DNA from: Macrostomum lignano
Taxonomy: Eukaryota
DNA: 64,000 nucleotides
Reading direction: 5' to 3'
NCBI GenBank assembly: GCA_002269645.1
Contig: NIVC01000897.1
Location: forward strand, 186,001-250,000
Shown here one piece after another: positions 24,112-33,909 of this stretch. The number at the start of each line of letters is the position of its first letter. Position 1 is the first letter of the stretch. A model generated the notes under the pieces. That model had not been told where the DNA came from. It made no database searches and worked only from the letters and a program-made list of their open reading frames with translations. The position numbers were made by a program, and so were the translations under genes.

Positions 24112-27100
24112 CAGTCAGTCAGTCAGTCAGTCAGTCAGTCAGTCAGTCAGTCAGTCAGTCAGTCAGTCAGTCAGTCAGTCAGTCAGTCAGTCAGTCAGTC
24201 AGTCAGTCAGTCAGTCAGTCAGTCAGTCAGTCAGTCAGTCAGTCAGTCAGTCAGTCAGTCAGTCAGTCAGTCAGTCAGTCAGTCAGTCAGTCAGTCAGCA
24301 CCTGTCCGCCAACTGTGTCAGCTAGAAACAGTCGACCATCAAGAATGCCGATGCCCCAAGCGACTGCGCGAAGGGCACAACATCAATGACGATCTGGTGG
24401 ACGCGAGTCTCCAGCGACAGCACGGCGATGCTACGCCGATCGGAGTCGGCAACGAACAGCCGGCGCCGACTGGCATCGGCGCAGAGTCCAGACGGCCTCC
24501 CGACATCGGCGATGGCGTGCCGCAGGCGGCCGGCCAAGTCGGCCAGGTAAACTCGACCTCCATCGGCCGCGGCCAGCAGCTGGTCGGGACCGCCGATGTA
24601 CAGCAGGCAGGTCAGGCTGCCCACAGTGGTTGAAGCGATCGCAGCGTCAGCTACCGCCGATGAAGAAGAGTCCAACTGCAGTGAAGTCAGGCTTCGGCCC
24701 GAGCAGCTGAGGACCTGGTAAGTGGAATAAGCACATGTAAAAAGCTGAGAACCATTCGAAGCCCCGTGCACATCCTCCAGCCACCTTGATCCCAACATCC
24801 CCAATCGATCTCCGAATCCGCCTTGATCCCTACATCCCCATCGATCCTAACAGCCGCCTTGATCCCAACATTCATATCGATCCCCGCATTCGCCTTGATC
24901 CCTACATCCCCATCGATCCTAACAGCCACCTTGATCCCAACATCCCTATCCATCCCCGCATTCGCCTTGATCCCAACATCCCTATCGATCCCCACAGCCG
25001 GCCGTGATCCCAACATCCCCATCGATCCCCATAGCCACCTTGATGACCGAGCCACCCTGGGCCAGCAGGTAGACAACAGGCGACGGAAGCGGCTCCCATC
25101 CAGAGTCGCCGCCCTGGCCGTCCGTCAGCTCCATCTCTGTCGCTATTCGAATGCCGGCAAGGCCGGGGCGGCACACCAGGCCGCGGCCCGAGTGCACCAC
25201 AACCGCAGCGTCAGTGCAGCGGTAGTGAAAAATCTTCTTAGGGGGCCAGCGAACTCCAGCATCGCCGCCGGCTGCTCCGCCGCCTCCGCCGCCGCCGCAG
25301 GCGCCTCCGGCAGCATCGCAACTGCTCAGCCGACGCGCCAGCGGAGCTGCTAAGCGTCGAAGCTCTGCGCAGGCCTCACCAAGACGCTCAAGCGCTTCCG
25401 ACGTGGCCGCCTCGGCGCGAGCGTCGGCTTCGCCGGCCAGTCGACGCGTCCGCAGGCGGTCGAGCAGCGGCTGGAGCCGCTCGGCCAGCCGGCGCATCTC
25501 GGCCGTGTTGCCCTCGGCCGTCTCCCGCTCCAGCTGGTCGGCCAGGCTGCGGGCCTCGCGGCGCCGGTCGGCCTCGGATTGCGCCGCTGAGAGCGCAGAT
25601 TTGGCGCGACCTTCCGCCGCGGCGTCGGCGTCCCGTGCAAGAGTGAGCAGCTCGCGACAGGCGGTCTGGCGGTCCGCGGAATATCAGATTATTTAATAAT
25701 AACAGCTCTTGTCGCGTATTAAAGAAGAGAAGTGAAGGCTAGGCTAATAGGAAAAAATCAGACAGGGCAAACGTCCAACGGGCAAAACATCCGGCAGGCA
25801 AAACATCCGGCAGGCAAAACATCCGGCAGGCAAAACATCCGGCAGGCAAAACATCCGGCAGGCAAAACATCCGGCAGGCAAAACATCCGGCAGGCAAAAC
25901 ATCCGGCAGGCAAAACATCCGGCAGGCAAAACATCCGGCAGGCAAAACATCCGGCAGGCAAAACATCCGGCAGGCAAAACATCCGGCAGGCAAAACATCC
26001 GGCAGGCAAAACATCCGGCAGGCAAAACATCCGGCAGGCAAAACATCCGGCAGGCAAAACATCCGGCAGGCAAAACATCCGGCAGGCAAAACATCCGGCA
26101 GGCAAAACATCCGGGGCAAAACATCTTGGGGGAGGCAAAACATCCGGGGGCAAAACATCTTGGGGGGGGCAAAACATCCGGGGGCAAAACATCTTGGGGG
26201 GGGGGCAAAACATCCGGGAGGGTGCAAAGCATCAGGGGGAAAAACATCCAGGGGGGGGGCAAAACACCCGGGAAAAAACATCCGGGGGCCAAAACATCCA
26301 GGGCAAAACATCCGGGAGGTTGCAAAACATCAGGGGGAAAACATCTGGGGGCCAAAACATCCGGGGAAAAATCCGGGGGCCAAAACATCCGGGGTTTTAA
26401 GGAGACAGAGAATATCAATGCAGTTAAGAGATTCACTCAGCAAAAGTGAGGTTTGCATTGATTCTTGGCACAGAAGCAGATACTAGGACGCGATAAGACG
26501 CACTCAAAGCCCATTTGAGACACAAAGAGGCACACTAGTACAGTTGGATACTAGAGCACGTCAAGACGCAATGGATGCGCCAAGACGCAACAAGAGTACG
26601 AGCATATTCGGGGCTTGTCAACACCTTTGGCACAGACCATAAGTGCACGCGCACTGATGAACTGACCTGCAGCTCGGATAGACGGCCGCGCCGAGCCTCC
26701 TGTCCGGCCAGCATTCGACGCCAGGCGGCTTCGGCCTCGTCAGCGAGGCGGCGCGTCGTCTGGCAGAGTGACTCGCAAGCGTTGCCATAGAGATAGGCGT
26801 CTTCGAGCAGGTGCCGACTGCACAAATCGGCGTCGCAGTGCTCGCAACGACCGTGGCTGGCGCGGGAGCAGCCGCTGCGCTGGCAGGCGGCGCCGTTCGG
26901 CCGCGCCACGGCAAGCAAGTGGGCGCGGTTCGCCTGAGGATTTAAGGTGTGTGAAAATTGTTGTTAAACCAACAGTGCCTGTTGTTGACTGTCCAGTCCC
27001 TGTTGTTGACTGTCCAGTCCCTGTTGTTGACTGTCCAGTCCCTGTTGTTGAATGTCCAGTTCCTGTTGTTCAATGTCCAGTCCCTGGTGCTGAATGTCCA

Positions 27101-27987
27101 GTCCCTGTTGTTTGGTGTCCAGTCGCTGTTGTTTGGTGTCCAGTCCCTGTTGTTCAATGTCCAGTCCCTGTTGTTGAATGTCCAGTCCCTGGTGCTGAAT
27201 GTCCAGTCCCTGTTGTTGAATATCCAGTCCCTGTTGTTGGGGGCCAGTCCCTGTTGTTGAATGTCTAGTCCCTGTTGTTGAATATCCAGTCCCTGTTGTT
27301 GGGGGCCAGTCGCTGTTGTTTGGTGTCCAGTCCCTGTTGTTCAATGTCCAGTCCCTGTTGTTGAATATCCAGTCCTTGGTGCTGAATGTCCAGTCCCTGT
27401 TGTTGAATATCCAGTCCCTGTTGTTGGGGGCCAGTCCCTGTTGTTGAATGTCCAGTCCCTGTTGTTGAATATCCTGTCCCTGTTGTTGAATTAACTGTCC
27501 CTGTTGTTGAATATCCAGTCCCTGTTGTTGAATATCCAGTCCCTGTTGCTGAATGTCCAGTCCCTGTTGTTGAATATCCAGTCCCTGTTGTTGGGGGCCA
27601 GTCCCTGTTGTTGAATGTCCAGTCCTTGTTGTTGAATTAAAATTCCCTTTTGTTGGGGGCCAGTCCCTGTCGTTAAATGTCTAGTCAGTTGTGTGGAATT
27701 TGAGCGCCTGTAACAACACTTTGACTCGATTGAGAAACCGCGCATGTCACCTGCTCCAGCAGATCCAACATGGTACGATTCGGTGCCAAATCTTCTGGCC
27801 ACTTGTCGCAGACACCCGGACAGCCCAGCGGACACCGGACACCCTCCGGTACGCCGGCCAGCATTCGGGCGTAGCAGCGCAGACACACTGTGTGATTGCA
27901 CTGGCTCAGATGGCGAGGATCGACAAAGTGCTCCAGGCATACAGGGCAGGTGACCCGGTCTTCCAGGTCCTGACGAGCCTTGGACAT
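23749..27987 (-). CDS. TRIM-NHL-type E3 ligase (RING, B-box, coiled coil, NHL propeller); exons 27987-27751, 26933-26667, 25665-25039, 24714-24302, 24057-23749; apparent 1-nt deletion at ~24360
   Basis: RING CPVC...CNHTVCLRC...CPLGC; B-box-like CQRSGC...CEHCDADLCSRH; Ala/Glu/Arg coiled coil; NHL motifs GRPSGLCAD...RRLFVAD, WGIGILDGRLFLAD, LLACDRGNGRVQVF. All four introns are GT-AG and phase 0. Donors of exons 1 and 3 are less certain. Confidence 0.82.
24074..24298. repeat. (GTTA)n then (GTCA)n microsatellite filling TRIM-NHL intron 4
   Basis: Direct inspection. Confidence 0.99.
24785..25046. repeat. 36-bp minisatellite in TRIM-NHL intron 3, starting across the donor site
   Basis: Units begin CTTGATCCC; translated period is 12 aa in the spurious ORFs. 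Confidence 0.9.
25776..26395. repeat. 16-bp minisatellite GGCAAAACATCCGGCA in TRIM-NHL intron 2, degenerating into G-run variants after ~26110
   Basis: Direct inspection. Confidence 0.97.
26962..27672. repeat. 21-bp minisatellite CAGTCCCTGTTGTTGAATGTC in TRIM-NHL intron 1
   Basis: Direct inspection. Confidence 0.96.
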
Positions 27988-28008
27988 TGGTCCCCTGCAG
28001 ATAAACAC

Positions 28009-29345
28009 TGCAATGTTAGCTCTCAATCTACCAAGGTGTACACTGTAATGTAGCTTTCAATCTACCAGGTGTACACTGTAATGTAGCTCTCAATCTACCA
28101 TGTTGTACACTGTAATGTAGCTCTGAATCTACCAAGTTGTACACTGTAATTTAGCTCTCAATCTACCATGTTGTACACTGTAATTTAGCTCTCAATCTAC
28201 CATGTTGTGCACTGTAATGTAGCTCTCAATCTACCATGTTGTGCACTGTAATGTAGCTCTGAATCTACAAAGTTGTACACTGTAATGTAGCTCTCAATCT
28301 ACCAAGTTGTACACTGTAATGTAGCTCTGAATCTACAAAGTTGTACACTGTAATGTAGCTCTCAATCTACCAAGTTGTACACTGTAATGTAGCTCTCAAT
28401 CTACCAAGTTGTACACTGTAATGTAGCTCTCAATCTACCATGTTGTGCACTGTAATGTAGCTCTCAATCTACCAAGTTGTACACTGTAATGTAGCTCTCA
28501 ATCTACCAAGTTGTACACTGTAATGTAGCTCTCAATCTACCAAGTTGTACACTGTAATGTAGCTCTGAATCTACCAAGTTGTACACTGTAATGTAGCTCT
28601 CAATCTACCATGTTGTGCACTAATGTAGCTCTGAATCTACAAAGTTGTACACTGTAATGTAGCTCTCAATCTACCAAGTTGTACACTGTAATGTAGCTCT
28701 GAATCTAACACTGTAATGTTAGCTCTCAATCTACCAAGTTGTACACTGTAATGTAGCTCTGAATCGACCATGTTGTACACTGTAATGTAGCTCTGAATCT
28801 AACATGTTTACACTGTAATGTAGCTCTCTATCTACCATGTTGTGCACTGTAATGTAGCTCTCAATCTACCAAGGTGTACACTGTAATGTAGCTCTCAATC
28901 TACCAAGGTGTACACTGTAATGTAGCTCTCAATCTACCAAGGTGTACACTGTAATGTAGCTCTCAATCTACCAAGTTGTACACTGTAATGTAGCTCTCAA
29001 TCTACGATGTTGTACACTGTAATGTAGCTCCGAATCTACCATGTTGTACACTGTAATGTAGCTCTGAATCTACCAAGTTGTACACTGTAATGTAGCTCTC
29101 AATCTACCAAGTTGTACACTGTAATGTAGCTCTCTATCTACCAAGTTGTACACTGTAATGTAGCTCTCAATCTACCATGTTGTACACTGTAATGTAGCTC
29201 CGAATCTACCATGTTGTACACTGTAATGTAGCTCTGAATCTACCAAGTTGTGCACTGTAATGTAGCTCTCAATCTACCAAGTTGTACACTGTAATGTAAC
29301 TCTGAATCTACCATGTTGTGCACTGTAATGTAGCTCTCAATGTAT
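28009..29345. repeat. 34-bp minisatellite TGTAATGTAGCTCTCAATCTACCAAGTTGTACAC directly upstream of the TRIM-NHL acceptor
   Basis: Direct inspection. Confidence 0.97.
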
Positions 29346-29988
29346 CAAGCTGTACATTTTGAAACGCATTGGCATGCACATGTATACGAGAGCATGTACA
29401 TGTCCAAAACTCCAAATCCAGTAAGCTAGCACATAAACACGTGAGCACAATGCATTCAATCAATTTCAACCTTGAGTCCAAGACAGTAAGTGACACAGTT
29501 GCAGTATTGTGCACTGAATTCCTTCGGCAGTTCTGCAGCCAGCTACCTCGGTATATGCAATCCGCGCAGTGAGGAACAGAATTCACCAGCCTGAGAGACT
29601 GACAGAGAAGTCAGCACAGTACAGTTCTAATTTGACAGTTTATATAGACAGGCAGCTATAGACAGACACACGCACCGCATGTACATTTAGCTAATACATG
29701 TACGCATATTGGGCACACACACACACAACAGCAAAATGATGAAATAATATATAACTTCTGTAAATTACCCAGTCAGCCATGCAGTGAAGCTGGTGCTGCG
29801 TAGTGTGTGAACTGGTAAATGATTGCACATGTAGGCGGTGCAGGCTCCTCTTAGAGCGGTTGGCTTCATTATTTACATTAGCTATCAAACTTCAAATGCT
29901 GTTTTTTCTGAACTTTATCTGTTACAATAGAATAACAAACAAAGTCGTAGGCACAGACAGGCTAATTAACAGGTAGCAGCATTAATAT

Positions 29989-30317
29989 TAATTGAATTGA
30001 ATTGGAAATGCATTCGAGATTGTGTGAGTTTATTGCTTAATTAATTGATGACACCTGCCCTAATGGCCAGGTGTGCAACCGACAGCTCAGCCGCAGCTAT
30101 TGCGCGGCGCATCTGAAGGCTGCGTACGGCTGTTCAGTCCAAGGACTGGGGGGTCGCCACACACACACACACCCTAACTTTACAGCTGGGTGAACTGAAG
30201 CAATGCAGAGTTAAGTGTCTTGCTCAAGGACACAAACTGTTCCCAGTGGGATGGGGAATCGAACCCCTCGACCTTCAAGTCGTGAGTCTAACGCTCTAGC
30301 CACTAGGCTACAAGTTA
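29989..30317 (-). mobile_element. tRNA-derived SINE with CORE-like central domain and (AATTC)n tail
   Basis: Minus strand: A-box TAGCCTAGTGG, B-box GGTTCGATTCC, then GTGTCCTTGAGCAAGACACTTAACTC...CAGTTCACCCAGCTGTAAA resembling the MIR/CORE consensus, ending TTCCAATTCAATTCAATT. Confidence 0.8.
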
Positions 30318-30853
30318 GTTAACTTGTTGCAAGTTATTTGACAGGGATTGCTTAACGAAGAATGCCGAGTATATTACGCATCGCTATAACTTCAAAACAG
30401 GCTAATTCAACCAGCACGTGTGTTGCGTAGTGATGACGGTTTTCAAACACACCAGTAACTGCTGCCCAATATAAGCACTGAAAACTAGCTTGAAAATGAT
30501 GTTTACACAGAATGTTTACAGATGGCCGGCTGCGCCGGATAGACCAGCTGATAAAATATCAGAATTTCACATTCGCTAAAGTTTATATTCCGTAAGTTTC
30601 ACATTTCAGATGAAAGGAAAGGAGAGGAGAGAGATGAAAGGAGATTAGAGAGAAGAGAGCTGAGCAGACGCAAACCTTGAGCGGGCCTTCCTCTTGAGAG
30701 GCTTCGCCGGCCGGAGTTTGCCGACCTCTGCACCACTAACTTCAGAAGAGTGCAAACCCGGAAATTATTGAGACACTATAACAAAATGAGCAATGTTTTA
30801 AAACAAAATACAGCAACGGCGCAATTAAAAATTGTCTCTGAAAAAAAGCGCAG

Positions 30854-32433
30854 TCACAGTTTCAGTCCGACTCGCAGCCGAGCCGAACGGGCCCGAGGAT
30901 TCTCGGCCACTTCGGCCGGCCCGGCCATCAGGTAATCTTCGCCCCGATTCGAATCGAACCGCACCAGCTGCCAGAGCTGCGGCGGCGGCGGCGGCGGCTC
31001 GGCGTGCAGCGACTGCGGCGATCGTTGCCGCTTGAAAGCGTCGGCCCAGGCGGCCGGACAGCAGAGGTCGTCCAGCGACCGGTTGGCGAAGACGCGCTTG
31101 ACCAGGCGATCCTCAAGCGAGTGGAAGGACAGCACCAGGCAAGGCGCGCCGGGCTTGAGCAGCTGTCTGGCCAGCTGGAGCCCGCTGAGAAGCTCAATAA
31201 ATTCGTTGTTCACCGCGATCCGCAGCGCCTGCGATTGTGGTTTTTATTTTTCATATTTATATATTATGACAATAAACTCCATTTATACTACTGACACTAT
31301 TTAAATGATTTTTTAATGTCCCATGCGTATTGAAACTATTGAAAGCACCTAGAATAGTAATTTAGACGAAGATATATACTTGAACAAAATTTTACAAAAA
31401 TACATCTACACTGTTTATGAATATTTTTAAAACAAAATCTTTGCTTGCCGATATGTATCGAAGTACAGAAAACTCTGTCTAATTATTTAGACCGTCCTTT
31501 CAGACTGACATGTTGACAAAAAACATGTTCACCATACTAATCATTTTTAAACGGATCAACTAATAGCCGATATGTATCAGAAAAAAGCTTAGCAAAGGTA
31601 CAAAACATGAGGCTTGACTATCTGTTTCCTCTCACCTGAAACACTCGCGTCGCCGGGTGCGCACTGCGGCCCAAGCTGTCTTTCCGACGCGCGCTGCCCA
31701 CAGCGTCCGCCAGGCAATCGGCCAGCTGCTTCGTCGTGCGCAGAGGTCCGCGCGGCCCGCTGCGACGCTCAACCACGGCCCGGGCCAGCCGGCGCGCCAT
31801 TGGCTCTTCGCCGTAGGCGCGAAACAGAGCGGCGAGGTCGCCGGCCTCCAGCCCGTTGACGAGATCGGCGGCGGTTGGCGAGTCGGCCTCGGCCGGGCCG
31901 CCCATGCGCATGTCGAGCGGCCCGTCAGCTGACAGGGCGAAGCCGCGCCTCGCCTCATCCAGCTGTGTTGAGCACAGGCCCAGGTCAAACAGGGCGCCAT
32001 CGATGCCCTCAACGCCCGTCAGCTCGGCGTGCTCGGCCAGCTGGGAGAATTTCCCTAACAGCGGCACCACCGTGGCGGAGTCGGAGCCGGGCGGCAGAGA
32101 CTCGGACAGCTGTCCGGCAAGCCGGTAGGCGGCAGGATCGCGATCGTTGGCGTACACTGTGATCGGCGTCGACGCTTCGGACGCCGCTCTTAACAGTCGT
32201 CGGGTGTGACCGCCGGCGCCAAATGTGGCGTCGAGCAGCAGAATCCGGCTGCCGGGGCGGCGAGTTCCTTGGCAGGCGCCAACCAGCAGCTCGGCGACAG
32301 CGTCCGCCAGCACGGGCGAATGCGAGCCCGGCGCCGCCGAGGCAGCAGCCGCCGCCTGGGAGCTGAACTGCAGAACTCGAATACTAACAGGTCGCTGAGG
32401 AGAGAGTTTCAGTTTGGTTTTGATTAGGCCATT
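30854..32433 (-). CDS. METTL15: Mitochondrial 12S rRNA m4C methyltransferase (RsmH family); exons 32433-31636 and 31228-30854; no in-frame genomic ATG
   Basis: HSPVL, DATFGAGGHT, DRDP, DLGLCSTQLD..RGF...DGPLDMRM, HPATRVFQ|ALRIAVNNE, SFHSLEDRLVK, NPRARSARLR. Phase-0 intron CAG|GTGAGA ... ATCGCAG|GCG. N-terminal K/R/S-rich presequence-like stretch. Confidence 0.95.
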
Positions 32434-32469
32434 CTATACACAGGAGCGTTGTGGACAACCTGGCCCAAG

Positions 32470-32740
32470 GCTATGGGGCTATTCTATTTATTTCGCTGAC
32501 CCCTGAGCACACACAAGCGCTCCGATACTGTGCGCAGACACGCACTCATACACACAGCTCACACAGGGGATGTAAAGCAGCCCTTGTTGACTTTCTAATT
32601 GTCAAGAATGTACACTCTCTGTGCCTTAGGAGTTGGCCCTCATCCATGCACAAGCCCCAAATAAATGTGCCCGCGTACGGATTCGAACCCGGGGCGGTAA
32701 TGTGAGCTTCAGACGCGTTTACCGCTGAGCTGCTATGTCC
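32470..32740 (-). mobile_element. Second tRNA-derived SINE-like element just upstream of the METTL15 acceptor
   Basis: Minus strand AGCAGCTCAGCGGTAAA (A-box-like) and GGGTTCGAATCC (B-box); no valid cloverleaf; 3' boundary uncertain. Confidence 0.55.
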
Positions 32741-33011
32741 AGAGAGTAAATGGATAAGAGGAGACTCAGAATTACGTCTGACTGAGGAGGAAACCAGTCC
32801 AACTGTCCAAGCATCATCCCGAGAGCTACTCCAGCGCTTGGCATAGGTGTCATCCTCCATGGAGTCCCGGTCGGCGGCCAGGCCACAAAGGGGTCAAGCC
32901 ATTGCCGAAAGCTGATCGGAGGTAGCTATGGCTGCTTTGTGGATGACGCAAGCCCGATTTATCAGATAGCTGCATACTAACCGCGGTCAACTCTGCTTAA
33001 CTTGCAATGCT

Positions 33012-33475
33012 AACCCGATGAAAACGGTACCTAAGTCAAGAAGCGTCTCAGAGTCACTTGCGTCGCCCCAGAGTCGTTGCAGGTAACACAGGTAAAATAG
33101 GAAAGAAGTGGCTCTAGACGACTCTTTAAACGACAATGCCACTAGTCTTCGAAGTCGTCATAGGAGTCGCATGAGTCAATTTGAGGCGTTTTATTATCTG
33201 CAACTCTGGGGCAGTAGAGTGGCATCTGAGGCGTGCCAGAGTCGCTAAAGAATCACTGAGTTGCGTCTAAAGCGCACCTGCGTCACTTAATCAATTTGAA
33301 TCGCATTGCGCTTCTACTGTACCAAGCGCCAACACAGAGACTCTTGGGACGAATCTTTTGCGACTCTTACGATTCTGCAACCCAAGTGATGCGCTCGTGA
33401 CTCAACAGTCGCATTAAAGTCATTTGAGTCGCTAGAGTCATCTGTGAATTGTTTGCAATGACGTTTTCAACGGGC
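33012..33475. mobile_element. Possible MITE with dense GAGTC/GACTC motifs
   Basis: Imperfect terminal inversion ACCCGATGAAAACG / CGTTTTCAACGGGC and many GAGTC(G)/(C)GACTC motifs between. Confidence 0.4.
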
Positions 33476-33909
33476 AACCCCAAATATGCACTAATCCACA
33501 GGGCTAGCGATCCCTTTTCCTAGTTACTGAATTTTATAATAATAACTTAGTTAACAACCCACTATGGTCTTCCTAATCTTAGATTATTTCCATTGCTCTA
33601 ATACATTCTCACACGCAATCACTCAAAACAGAATGCAGTTGAATAATGATATTTATTTACATCAATAAATAGTTTTGTCCACACAGCTAAGGAGACGACT
33701 TGAATGACAGAGGAGCATCTAAAGTACAAAAGTCGATAATTTGATGAAAGATTGATGGAACAAAACCGGATTAATAAGCCTCGCAACTGTCAGAGAAGGA
33801 AATACCAACTCAGAGATACAGAACGATATCGATAACAATATTGATCAGACCATGGCTACTAGACAACTTTGCCAAGAACAACTACATTAAACTGCGCTTA
33901 TAGTGAAGC

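Noticed and set aside
24340-24390. Programmed -1 ribosomal frameshift in TRIM-NHL (or RFX)
   Set aside because: No X XXY YYZ slippery heptamer; a single missing base restores the consensus motif more simply.
25732-26486. Overlapping repetitive ORFs on both strands (also at 368, 2138, 20598-21899, 26942-27344, 51055-52082)
   Set aside because: All are tandem-repeat translations.
30245-30317. Functional tRNA genes here, at 32670-32740, 3688-3750 and ~19695
   Set aside because: Only A/B-box remnants; stems do not pair; consistent with SINE heads.
30854-32313. Bacterial rsmH (contamination or horizontal transfer)
   Set aside because: Has a spliceosomal intron and a presequence-like N-terminus and sits among animal genes; it is nuclear METTL15.
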